A stretch of 64,000 bases of DNA from an uncultured Bacillales bacterium (GTDB lineage: Bacteria > Bacillota_I > Bacilli_A > RFN20 > CAG-288): positions 325,727 through 389,726 of the forward strand of contig CASEGJ010000004.1 in assembly GCA_949287425.1 (NCBI GenBank), written 5' to 3'. The position numbers and the translations under genes were made by a program. Every line of letters starts with the position of its first letter. Positions within the stretch are counted from its first letter, which is position 1. Positions 19,184 to 28,226 of the stretch are shown here, piece after piece. The notes beneath the pieces were generated by a model. It did not search any database. It saw only the letters and a program-made list of their open reading frames with translations, and was not told where the DNA came from.

Positions 19184-19600
19184 ATGAAAAAACGCTGTAT
19201 TTATTGTCATAAGGTAATTGAAGACAATTTAGAAACTTGTCCTTATTGCCAAAAAAAGATCGATTTTAATAATCTATCTGAACAAGAGACTCATGAACTT
19301 CATCAATATTGTCATAATCAAATTACAAAAGGTGGAGATTATATCGATAACGGTTTAACTTTTACTGTTATTGGTGCAATCTTAGCAGTAATTGGTGCAG
19401 TTTTACTCTACGTTTCTAATAGATATAATAACTATGGGAAAAGAATTTGGATATTTACTTCAGTAGAATTTATCGTTGGAGTAGTGCTTCTTTCTATTAC
19501 TTTTGGTTGTTTAGTCTATGGTGGATTTAGAATAGTCTCAGGTTTATTAAAGAAATCTCAATATAAAAAGATAATTGAACAGACAGCGTTTAAAAAGTAA
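19184..19600 (+). CDS. Small Zn-ribbon (CIYC..CPYC) protein with two TM helices, cassette 2
   Basis: Same architecture as 8192..8629; C-termini KRSKYKLIIQE vs KKSQYKKIIEQ. Confidence 0.85.
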   Translation: MKKRCIYCHKVIEDNLETCPYCQKKIDFNNLSEQETHELHQYCHNQITKGGDYIDNGLTFTVIGAILAVIGAVLLYVSNRYNNYGKRIWIFTSVEFIVGVVLLSITFGCLVYGGFRIVSGLLKKSQYKKIIEQTAFKK

Positions 19601-19624
19601 TCTTAGTTAAATTAATTAGAAAAT

Positions 19625-19657
19625 GGCCTCTATGTAGAAATATATAGGGGTCTTTTT
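19625..19657 (+). terminator. Intrinsic terminator ending the cassette 2 core operon
   Basis: GGCCTCTATGTA-gaaa-TATATAGGGGTC stem (with GU pairs) + TTTTT. Confidence 0.8.
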
Positions 19658-19663
19658 AATTAT

Positions 19664-19691
19664 TTTACAAACTTATTGAAATCATTATAAT
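19664..19691 (+). promoter_or_regulatory. Sigma-A promoter for RDD pair 2 (leaderless)
   Basis: TTTACA-16-TATAAT ending 7 nt before the ATG at 19699; no SD sequence. Confidence 0.55.
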
Positions 19692-19695
19692 ATTA

Positions 19696-20967
19696 ATGAT
19701 GTCTAATCAAGAAGAATATTCTATATATAAAAATAATTTAACTGCCAAAAAAAGCAAAATAATTTACGCATGTTTAGTAGATTATTTTTTAACTTTTATT
19801 TTGACTTTCATTTTATATGTCGGGGTATTAACTCCTATCAATGTGGCTTTACCTATTACTAAAACCAATATTGATGGTATATATAAATCACAGGAAGTTT
19901 TAAATCAAATTGTCGGTTCAACTAGAATTCAAACTTACGATGAAGAAAATAACAATTTAGTCGATATTGAAGATGATATTAATAAATATTTAATTAGTCT
20001 AGCTAAGACTAGTTGTTATGCATATAACAAAGAGTATATTTATTTTGAAAATAATGAATATATATCAAAACCTGTTGAAGGTGAAAAAATTAGTGAAACT
20101 TTTGTAAATGTAAAACAGGGAGATGTTTTATATCCAAATGATAATCTTTCTTATTTCTTTTTAGAATTTAAGTCTAGTCATGAAGAGTTAAATAGTTACG
20201 AAATTAATGGGAAAGATTATTCAAACAACAAAAAAGATTATCTATATTTAGAAATGTTAGATTTTGATAGTTATGATTCATATTTTATTTCTCAAGATGA
20301 ATTTAATGCTTTAGATTTTGTTAATAAAGAAAATATAACTAGATATAACATTTTAAATGAAACTTATTTAGACGATTTTATAAATAGACTTGTCTATGGG
20401 GAAAATAACACAAATGGAAGCCAAATATATAGCGATTTATCTTTATGTTATCAAAATGCTGCTAATAAAGGGGTAGAGCAAATAGAAAATAATTACGAGG
20501 TTTATATTCAGGCTTCAAATCAATTTATAGGTTATTATAACGGATATACTATTTCTCTAATTGTCGTTCAAATTCTTTCTTTTGTTTTAGCTTTTTCAAT
20601 TTTAAACATTCTAGTTCCTCTATGTTGGAAAAAGAAAAAGACTAGCTTAGGTTGTTTCTTTTTTAAGATAGTTTTAATTAGAAACGATAATTACTCGCCT
20701 GGATTTATAAACTACCTAGGCTTAAGTCTATCTAAGTTAATAATGTATTTTTCTAGCGTAATTATCATGCAGTTATTTACTGGTCAGTTCTTTGTTTTAA
20801 CTTATGGCATATCTTCTTTAAATATGTTTTCATTTGTTATCTTTTCTTTTGTTTTAGATATTATTTCATTAATTTTGGTTTTCATTTTAAAAGATCATCA
20901 ATTACTATCTAATTTAATTTCCAATACTATATTTAAAGGGAAGGAAGATTATGCCTCAATTAAATAA
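19696..20967 (+). CDS. RDD-family-like membrane protein A', cassette 2 (start may be 19699)
   Basis: AKKSKIIYACLVDYF, long loop, KTSLGCFFFKIVL, HQLLSNLISNT. Confidence 0.7.
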   Translation: MMSNQEEYSIYKNNLTAKKSKIIYACLVDYFLTFILTFILYVGVLTPINVALPITKTNIDGIYKSQEVLNQIVGSTRIQTYDEENNNLVDIEDDINKYLISLAKTSCYAYNKEYIYFENNEYISKPVEGEKISETFVNVKQGDVLYPNDNLSYFFLEFKSSHEELNSYEINGKDYSNNKKDYLYLEMLDFDSYDSYFISQDEFNALDFVNKENITRYNILNETYLDDFINRLVYGENNTNGSQIYSDLSLCYQNAANKGVEQIENNYEVYIQASNQFIGYYNGYTISLIVVQILSFVLAFSILNILVPLCWKKKKTSLGCFFFKIVLIRNDNYSPGFINYLGLSLSKLIMYFSSVIIMQLFTGQFFVLTYGISSLNMFSFVIFSFVLDIISLILVFILKDHQLLSNLISNTIFKGKEDYASIK

Positions 20968-21946
20968 GACTAATTTAGAAAAGCCAAAGGTAGAAGTTAG
21001 TTATTCAAAAGCTAGTTTATCAAAAAGAATGATAGCTAGTGTTATTGATCTTTGTTTAATCTTTTTTACTTGTATAGTTCTTTTTACTTGTTTTATTTAT
21101 CCAATAAGAAATCTTCCAATATATACTAAGCAAATAGATATTCAAAATAGTTTAAGAATAGAATCGAATTTATATGTAGATGAAAACACGACTATTTTAA
21201 ATTACGCTAGTAACGATGAAAATCTTTCTAACTATTCTTTAAAGAAAGATTATCTTTCTTCTAAAATAGAAACTTTCTATGCTAATAAAACTTTCTTTTC
21301 TTCTAATAGTGAATATCTATCTTATCAAGAAAGAAAGTTAGAAGCTAAATCTCAAGATGGTTTAAATCTATTTAAAAATGAAAATGACAATATAGTTGAA
21401 ACAAATCAAAAACCAGAAGAATATTATAATTTTTATTATTCTGAAATAGAAAACTATTGTTTTTCATATTTGTTTAATTGCCCAAGTTATGGTGAAGCTA
21501 CTTCTACTATCTTTTTAATTATAGTTATTTCATTACTTATATTTTTAGTTGTTTCCTTTTTGATATATATAGTTATATTACCGACAACTTGTTTTAAAAG
21601 AGGAAGACAGACAATAGGAATGAAGATGTTTAAAATCGCCTTAATTGGTGTAGATGGCATGAATGTCAAATTAGATAGATATCTTTGTAGATGCTTATTT
21701 ACTTTATCTATAATGTACTTTCTAGATTTCTTTTCTTTTTTAATTCCTTTATTTATTTCATTAGGAATGATGTATATATCAAAGACAAATCAAAATCTAA
21801 CTGATTATGTTTTTAATCAATACTATATCGATTGCAAAGATGATGATATCTATCTTGATCAAGGAGAATATTTTTCCAAAAAAGAGAACTTAAAAGAAAT
21901 ATCGTTAACTAATAAAGATATCTCATTAAAAGAAGAAAAGAATTAA
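20951..21946 (+). CDS. RDD-family membrane protein B', cassette 2
   Basis: KASLSKRMIASVIDL, RQTIGMKMFKI, QNLTDYVFNQY; same length (331 aa) as 12923..13918. Confidence 0.85.
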   Translation: MPQLNKTNLEKPKVEVSYSKASLSKRMIASVIDLCLIFFTCIVLFTCFIYPIRNLPIYTKQIDIQNSLRIESNLYVDENTTILNYASNDENLSNYSLKKDYLSSKIETFYANKTFFSSNSEYLSYQERKLEAKSQDGLNLFKNENDNIVETNQKPEEYYNFYYSEIENYCFSYLFNCPSYGEATSTIFLIIVISLLIFLVVSFLIYIVILPTTCFKRGRQTIGMKMFKIALIGVDGMNVKLDRYLCRCLFTLSIMYFLDFFSFLIPLFISLGMMYISKTNQNLTDYVFNQYYIDCKDDDIYLDQGEYFSKKENLKEISLTNKDISLKEEKN

Positions 21947-22040
21947 TAATAAAACTATAATGCAGTTTATGTTTGTATAAATAGAACTTACTATTTCAAT
22001 TATCTTTAGTAAAAATATTTTACATTAACTTAACTAGCTC

Positions 22041-22070
22041 TTGCTAAAAAGAAAAAATATGTGCTACAAT
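22041..22070 (+). promoter_or_regulatory. Promoter of rplK-rplA
   Basis: TTGCTA-18-TACAAT with extended TG. Confidence 0.65.
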
Positions 22071-22116
22071 AAACGATGCTTAGGGTTATTACGCCCTTTT
22101 TGGGTAGCTCTAAGTT

Positions 22117-22142
22117 GTGGGAGAGTAAATTCTCGTAACCAC
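22117..22142 (+). promoter_or_regulatory. L1 autoregulatory binding site in the rplK leader
   Basis: GTGGGAGAG-taaatt-CTCGTAACCAC matches the Firmicute L1-binding hairpin. Confidence 0.75.
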
Positions 22143-22177
22143 ACACGGATACAATTATATTAAAAGGAGGATATCAC

Positions 22178-22591
22178 GTGAAAAAAGTTCTTAGAACGAT
22201 GAAAATCGAAGCTATGGGTGGGGAAGCTAGCCCTGCCAAACTCGGTCAGAAGCTTGGACCTTACGGAATCGGTGGTAAATTCTGTATGCAGTTTAACGCT
22301 ATGTCATCTGATCGTAAGGGTGAATTGGTCCCTTGTATGTTAACTATCTACGAGGACAAATCATTCGATATTGTCTTAAAGACCTCTCCAGTTACTTTCT
22401 TAATTAAGAAAGCTGCTAACATTGAAAAAGGCGCCAAAGACAAAACCAAATCCGCTGGAACCATTTCTAGAGAAGAAGTTAAAAAGATCGCTGAATACAA
22501 AATGCCTGATTTAGTTGTCGATTCTTTAGAAGCCGCTATTAGAAGCGTTGAAGGTACCTGCAAATCTATGGGTGTCAAGATTGTTGACTAA
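22178..22591 (+). CDS. rplK: 50S ribosomal protein L11 (divergent N-terminal domain)
   Basis: YEDKSFDIVLKTSP, KIAEYKMPDL, GTCKSMGV; GTG start with AGGAGG. Confidence 0.97.
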   Translation: MKKVLRTMKIEAMGGEASPAKLGQKLGPYGIGGKFCMQFNAMSSDRKGELVPCMLTIYEDKSFDIVLKTSPVTFLIKKAANIEKGAKDKTKSAGTISREEVKKIAEYKMPDLVVDSLEAAIRSVEGTCKSMGVKIVD

Positions 22592-22605
22592 GGAGAATAT
22601 TTAAG

Positions 22606-23289
22606 ATGAAAAAATTAACTAAAAAATACGCTGCTGCCTTACAAAATGTTGAAAAAGGTAAGCTTTACACTGTTAAAGAAGCTTCTGAATTAGTTAAGAA
22701 GACTTCTACTACAAAATTCGATTCTACTGTTGAAATTTCTTTTAATTTAAATCTCGATACTAAACAACCTGATCAACAGTTAAGAGGAACTTTAACTTTA
22801 CCTTATGGCAATGGTAAAACTAAGAAAGTCTTAGCTATTACTGCTAGTAAAGTTGAAGAAGCTAAAGCCGCTGGTGCTGATTATGCTGGTGGTGTCGAAT
22901 TACTTGAAAAGATCCAAAAAGAAAACTGGTTCGATTTCGATGTAATTGTCGCTACTCCTGATATGATGGGTCAATTAGGTAGAATGGGTAGAGTTTTAGG
23001 TCCTAAAGGTTTAATGCCTAACCCTAAATCTGGAACCGTTTCTCCTGATATCGCTACAGCTGTTAAAGAAATTAAAAACGGTAAATTAGCTTATAGAGTC
23101 GATAAAGATGGCAATTTACATCTTTCAGTTGCTAGAGTTAGTTTCGATAGCGAAAAGATCGCTGCTAACTTACAAACTGTTATCGATACTATCGTTAGAA
23201 TTAAACCTAGCTCTGTTAAGGGCAATTATATTAATACTATCGTCGTCCATACTACTATGGGCCCAGCTATCAAATTAGCTATTAACTAG
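22606..23289 (+). CDS. rplA: 50S ribosomal protein L1
   Basis: KFDSTVE, GRVLGPKGLMPNPKSGT, TTMGP. Confidence 0.99.
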   Translation: MKKLTKKYAAALQNVEKGKLYTVKEASELVKKTSTTKFDSTVEISFNLNLDTKQPDQQLRGTLTLPYGNGKTKKVLAITASKVEEAKAAGADYAGGVELLEKIQKENWFDFDVIVATPDMMGQLGRMGRVLGPKGLMPNPKSGTVSPDIATAVKEIKNGKLAYRVDKDGNLHLSVARVSFDSEKIAANLQTVIDTIVRIKPSSVKGNYINTIVVHTTMGPAIKLAIN

Positions 23290-23317
23290 TTGATAGCAAA
23301 TTAAATTGGAGCAATCA

Positions 23318-23440
23318 ATAACCATAGACCGTAGCTGTATCTTACTTAATTTGCTACGTAGGGAATTAGATTTATATAAGTTTTGTATCGATCAATAACT
23401 ATATGATTTATGGGTATTGTTGCAAATATATGGAGGTGTC
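23318..23440 (+). promoter_or_regulatory. L10 leader RNA
   Basis: AGACCGTAGC...TTAA...GCTACGTAGG kink-turn-type motif immediately upstream of rplJ. Confidence 0.75.
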
Positions 23441-23442
23441 AG

Positions 23443-23928
23443 ATGAATCAAGCAATTCTTGAAAACAAGAAAAAGCAAGTCGAAAGACTAAATTCTGAAT
23501 TAGCTGATGCTAAATGTGCAGTTATTGTTACTTATCACAATTTATCTGTTACTAGCATTAACCAATTGAGAAAAGACCTCAAAAAGAGCGGTGGCAAAAT
23601 GGAAGTCGCCAAAAACACTTTGATGAAAAGAGCTTTTGATGCAAAACATTTTGAAAAGCTTGAATCTCTTTTAAAAGGTCCTAACGCTTTAATTACTTGT
23701 AAAGACCCTACTGCTGTTCTTCCTGCTTTATCTAAGTTTGTTTCTAAAAATAAAGCTATGGAAATTAAAGGTGCCATTATTGAAGGAACCTTCTGTGATG
23801 CTAATAAGACTATGATGTTAGCTACCGCTGGTTCTAAAGAAAATGTCATCTCTATGCTATTATCAGCTTTAGAGTCACCACTTGTTCACTTTGCCTTAGC
23901 TTGTAAGGCTGTCGGTGAAGCTAAGTAA
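23443..23928 (+). CDS. rplJ: 50S ribosomal protein L10
   Basis: VAKNTLMKRA, LKGPNA; start at ATG 23443 after GGAGG. Confidence 0.95.
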   Translation: MNQAILENKKKQVERLNSELADAKCAVIVTYHNLSVTSINQLRKDLKKSGGKMEVAKNTLMKRAFDAKHFEKLESLLKGPNALITCKDPTAVLPALSKFVSKNKAMEIKGAIIEGTFCDANKTMMLATAGSKENVISMLLSALESPLVHFALACKAVGEAK

Positions 23929-23979
23929 AATTAGTCGTCTATTTGTCAAACAATTATTAAGAAAGGAAAAAATTAAATT

Positions 23980-24348
23980 ATGGCAAAATTAACCAATGAA
24001 GAAATTATCTCTTCTTTAAAAGAAATGACTATCGTTGAAGTCATGGATTTAGTAAAAACTATCGAAACTGAATTTGGCGTTACCGCTGCTGCTGCTGTTG
24101 CTGCTGCTCCTGCTGCCAAAGAAGAAAGCGAAGCTCCTAGCGAAGTTTCAGTTATGTTAAAATCCGCTGGCGCTAGCAAAGTTAAGGTCATCAAAGCTGT
24201 TCAAGCTATCACTGGCTTAGGCTTAATGGATGCTAAGAAATTAGTTGACTCTGCTCCTGTTGCTGTCAAAGAAAAAATCTCTCCTGCCGAAGCTAATGAA
24301 TATGCTAAGCAACTCACCGAAGCTGGTGCTGAAGTCGAAGTTAAATAG
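23980..24348 (+). CDS. rplL: 50S ribosomal protein L7/L12
   Basis: [13 protein letters not shown] hinge, [29 protein letters not shown]. Confidence 0.99.
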   Translation: MAKLTNEEIISSLKEMTIVEVMDLVKTIETEFGVTAAAAVAAAPAAKEESEAPSEVSVMLKSAGASKVKVIKAVQAITGLGLMDAKKLVDSAPVAVKEKISPAEANEYAKQLTEAGAEVEVK

Positions 24349-24360
24349 TAAATTTATTAA

Positions 24361-24538
24361 TCTAAGATTGGATTGTACTTCTAGGGTCATACTACCCTAG
24401 GAGTACAATTTGTTATTAAGACTAATAATATTTTAGCCGATATTAGTTTGAATAATTAGTTATTAGTTTACTTAGTAGGCTGTGTATCGACTAAGTAAGT
24501 TAATAAACGGGATCTTAGAATTGTCGTTGGCTTAAGAT
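24361..24538 (+). promoter_or_regulatory. Structured rplL-rpoB intercistronic RNA (attenuator or processing hairpins)
   Basis: 17-bp stems at 24371-24410 and 24460-24506; closing stem 24361-24368/24512-24519. Confidence 0.6.
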
Positions 24539-24551
24539 ATGGAGAAAATAG

Positions 24552-27500
24552 ATGAAAACTTTTGAAGAAATTTTTAACAGAAACGACATTAAGTATTTAG
24601 AAAATAACAGAGCTGATTTTTCAAAGATCTCTGGTCAAATTCCACTTCCTAATTTATGTGAAATTCAGACCGCTTCTTTTAAATGGCTCATTAATGAAGG
24701 TATCGAAGAAGTCTTAAAAGACTTTTTCCCAATTAAAAATGGTAATGACGATACCGCTACTATGGAATTGATTTATAATTCCTTATATTTTGGTGAACCA
24801 AAATATAACTATTTTGAATGTAAGGATGCTGATTTAACCTATTCTAAACCTTTACATGTCAACATCGGTTTAAGAAGAGAAGATGGTTCAATAGTTACTG
24901 GGGATATCTTTATGGGTGATTTCCCAATGATGACTGAATCGGGAACTTTTATCATCAACGGTGTTGAAAAAGTTGTTGAATCTCAGATTGTTAGATCTGC
25001 AGGTGCTTATATGCATAAAAGTGAATTACCAGCTACTGCTAGCTATGTTTATGGAGCTGATATTATTCCTCAAAGAGGTACATGGTTAGAATTTTTAACC
25101 GATCCTAAAGAATTGCTCTTTGTTAGAATTGATAAACAAAAGAAAGTTTCTGCTGTCGTTTTATTAAGAGCTTTAGGTTTAGTTCACGATGCTGATATTT
25201 ACGATTTATATGGTACTAAAAACACTTATTTAAATAACACTTTAAAAAGAAATCCTGTTGAAAGAGGTGTTAAAGATGTCGCTATCGATGCTTTAAAAGT
25301 AATTTACGGTAAGCTTAGACCAGGTGAACCTATTCAAGATGATGATGTCGCTAGACAAATTAGAAATCGTTTCTTTGAACATCGTTCCTATGATTTAGGT
25401 CCTGCTGGACGTTTTAAAGTCAATAATAAATTAGGTGTTTACGATAGATTATTGAACAATTTTGTCGCTGAAGACTTAATTGATGTCAATGGTGAATTAG
25501 TTTATGAACAAGGCACTTATATCGATAAAGAAAAAATCGATCATTTAAAAGAAATCAAATTCTTTGAATCAGGTGCTTGTCAATATGAATTCCCAATTAA
25601 GGCTGATTTAGATACACATAATAAAGTTAATATTGTTACTATTTTCGATAAAGAAGATAAATCTAAGACATATAGAATCGTCGGTAACGATTTAAACTGC
25701 AAGGAAGAATTTGTCACTTCTAGTGATATCGTCGCTTGTTTTTCATATTTACTTAACCTTATTGATGGTGTTGGTAATCCTGATGATATCGATCATTTAG
25801 GCAATAGAAGAATTAGATCTGTCGGTGAGCTTATTCAAAATCAATTTAGAACAGGTCTTTCCAGAATGGAAAGAAATATCATCGATAAGATGTCTATTTC
25901 TAAAGATAAAGAATCGGTTACTCCTGAATCTTTAATCAATATTAAACCTTTAACTTCCGCTATTAAAGAATTCTTTAACGATTCTAAATTATCTCAGTTA
26001 ATGGACCAAGTTAACCCACTAAGTGAACTTTCTAACAAAAGAAGAATTTCCGCTTTAGGTCCTGGTGGTTTAACTAGAGATAGAGCGAGCTTTGAAGTTA
26101 GAGATGTCCATTATTCTCACTATGGTAGAATTTGTCCAATCGAGACTCCTGAAGGTCAAAATATCGGTTTGATTTCCAATTTAGCTTGTTATGCTAAAAT
26201 CAATAAATACGGCTTTATTGAAACTCCATATAGAAGAGTTAAAAATAGAGAAGTTTTAAATGAAACTGATTATCTTTCTGCTGATGATGAACGTTTCCAT
26301 ATCATCGCTCAAGCTAATGTTAAATTAATCGATAATAAGATTGTTGAAAATAGAGTTTTAGCTAGACAAAATGGTGAAACTATTATGGCTAATGCTGATG
26401 ATGTCGATTATATCGATGTTTCACCTAAACAGATTGTCTCTGTCGCTACTGCTTGTATTCCTTTCTTACAAAACGATGACTCTACTCGTGCTCAAATGGG
26501 TGGTAATATGCAGCGTCAGGCTCTTCCTTTACTTAGACCTCACGCTCCTTTTGTCGGAACTGGTCTTGAACACAAAGTCGCAACTGACTCAGGATGCGCT
26601 GTAACTGCTTATAACGATGGTATTGTTACTTATGTCGATTCTAAACGTATCGAAACTCAAGAAGGCGAAGATAAACACCCTCAAACTTATGAATTGAAGA
26701 AATTCATGATGGGTAGTCAATCTACTTGTATCAATCAAAACGCCATTGTTAAAGTTGGTGATAGATTTAAAAAAGGCGATGTAATTGCCGATGGTCCTGC
26801 TATGGAAAATGGCGATCTCGCTTTAGGTCAAAATGTCGTTATCGCTTTTACAACCTGGCATGGTTATAACTATGAAGACGCTGTTATTATGTCTCAAAGA
26901 TTAGTAAAAGAAGACACTTATACTACTTTGCACATAGTTGAATATACTGTCGATAGAAGAAAGACTAAAAACGGTAAAGAAACCTTTACTGCTGATATTC
27001 CTAATATATCTGAAAAGTATAAAGCTCACCTTGATGAAAGAGGTGTAATTACTATCGGTTCTGAAGTTAAAGAAGGCGATATTTTAGTCGGTAAAGTTTC
27101 TCCTAAAGGCGATACAGAACTTTCACCTGAAGAAAAACTTTTACAAGCTATCTTCTTAACTAAGACCAAAGATCAAAAAGATACTTCCTTTAGAGTCCCT
27201 CATGGTGGAGGCGGTATCGTTTTAGATGTCAAATATTTCTCACGTGAAAAAGGCGATGAATTAAAACCTAACGTTTTAGAAACTATCAAAGTCTATGTCA
27301 TTCAAAAACGTAAGATTTCTGAAGGTGATAAAATGTCAGGACGTCATGGTAATAAAGGTGTTATTTCTAGAATTGTTAGAGAAGAAGATATGCCATTCTT
27401 ACCTGATGGTACCCCTGTTGATATTTTATTAAATCCATTAGGTGTTCCTTCAAGAATGAACATCGGTCAGATTCTTGAAGTTCATTTAGGTATGGCTTGT

Positions 27501-28208
27501 AAGAAATTAGGTGGATTAAAAGTTTCTACTCCTGTTTTCGATGGTATGACTAACGAAGAAATCATGACTATGATGAAAGCTGCTGGCATGGATGAAGATG
27601 GTAAAACTATCCTTTATTCAGGTGAAACCGGTGAAAGATTCGATTCTAGAGTCAATGTCGGTGTCATGTATATGATTAAGTTAATTCACATGGTCGATGA
27701 TAAACTTCACGCTAGATCTGTTGGACCTTACTCTTTAGTTACTCAACAACCTTTAGGTGGTAAAGCTCAAAATGGTGGTCAGAGATTTGGTGAAATGGAA
27801 GTTTGGGCCTTGGAAGCTTATGGTGCAGCTCACGTTTTACAAGAAATGCTCACTATTAAATCAGATGATATGGTCGGTAGAAATGAATGTTATGAATCCA
27901 TTTTGAAGAATCAACCTATTCCAAAACCTAACATGCCTGAATCTTTCCGTGTTTTAATTAAAGAATTACAATCGTTAGCTATCGATGTTAAACTCTTTGA
28001 AACTGATAATGGTGAAGAAAGAGAAGTCGATATATCTAACATGACCTCTGAAGCTATGAAAAAATCTTTAAATATCAAGCGCAATTACAATAAGATGGGT
28101 CAAGAAGAAGCCCAAGAAGCGATTGATGAAGAAGATGTTTCAAGCGATGAAATATATTCTGGCGATGTTTCAGAACACGATTTGAATCATCCTGAAACTG
28201 AAGACTAA
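24552..28208 (+). CDS. rpoB: RNA polymerase beta subunit
   Basis: [59 protein letters not shown]. Confidence 0.99.
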   Translation: MKTFEEIFNRNDIKYLENNRADFSKISGQIPLPNLCEIQTASFKWLINEGIEEVLKDFFPIKNGNDDTATMELIYNSLYFGEPKYNYFECKDADLTYSKPLHVNIGLRREDGSIVTGDIFMGDFPMMTESGTFIINGVEKVVESQIVRSAGAYMHKSELPATASYVYGADIIPQRGTWLEFLTDPKELLFVRIDKQKKVSAVVLLRALGLVHDADIYDLYGTKNTYLNNTLKRNPVERGVKDVAIDALKVIYGKLRPGEPIQDDDVARQIRNRFFEHRSYDLGPAGRFKVNNKLGVYDRLLNNFVAEDLIDVNGELVYEQGTYIDKEKIDHLKEIKFFESGACQYEFPIKADLDTHNKVNIVTIFDKEDKSKTYRIVGNDLNCKEEFVTSSDIVACFSYLLNLIDGVGNPDDIDHLGNRRIRSVGELIQNQFRTGLSRMERNIIDKMSISKDKESVTPESLINIKPLTSAIKEFFNDSKLSQLMDQVNPLSELSNKRRISALGPGGLTRDRASFEVRDVHYSHYGRICPIETPEGQNIGLISNLACYAKINKYGFIETPYRRVKNREVLNETDYLSADDERFHIIAQANVKLIDNKIVENRVLARQNGETIMANADDVDYIDVSPKQIVSVATACIPFLQNDDSTRAQMGGNMQRQALPLLRPHAPFVGTGLEHKVATDSGCAVTAYNDGIVTYVDSKRIETQEGEDKHPQTYELKKFMMGSQSTCINQNAIVKVGDRFKKGDVIADGPAMENGDLALGQNVVIAFTTWHGYNYEDAVIMSQRLVKEDTYTTLHIVEYTVDRRKTKNGKETFTADIPNISEKYKAHLDERGVITIGSEVKEGDILVGKVSPKGDTELSPEEKLLQAIFLTKTKDQKDTSFRVPHGGGGIVLDVKYFSREKGDELKPNVLETIKVYVIQKRKISEGDKMSGRHGNKGVISRIVREEDMPFLPDGTPVDILLNPLGVPSRMNIGQILEVHLGMACKKLGGLKVSTPVFDGMTNEEIMTMMKAAGMDEDGKTILYSGETGERFDSRVNVGVMYMIKLIHMVDDKLHARSVGPYSLVTQQPLGGKAQNGGQRFGEMEVWALEAYGAAHVLQEMLTIKSDDMVGRNECYESILKNQPIPKPNMPESFRVLIKELQSLAIDVKLFETDNGEEREVDISNMTSEAMKKSLNIKRNYNKMGQEEAQEAIDEEDVSSDEIYSGDVSEHDLNHPETED

Positions 28209-28226
28209 GAAAGGGGAAAATAAACA

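Noticed and set aside
23410-23442. Longer N-terminus for rplJ given by the ORF track
   Set aside because: GGAGG positions the start at 23443; the upstream part is the L10 leader
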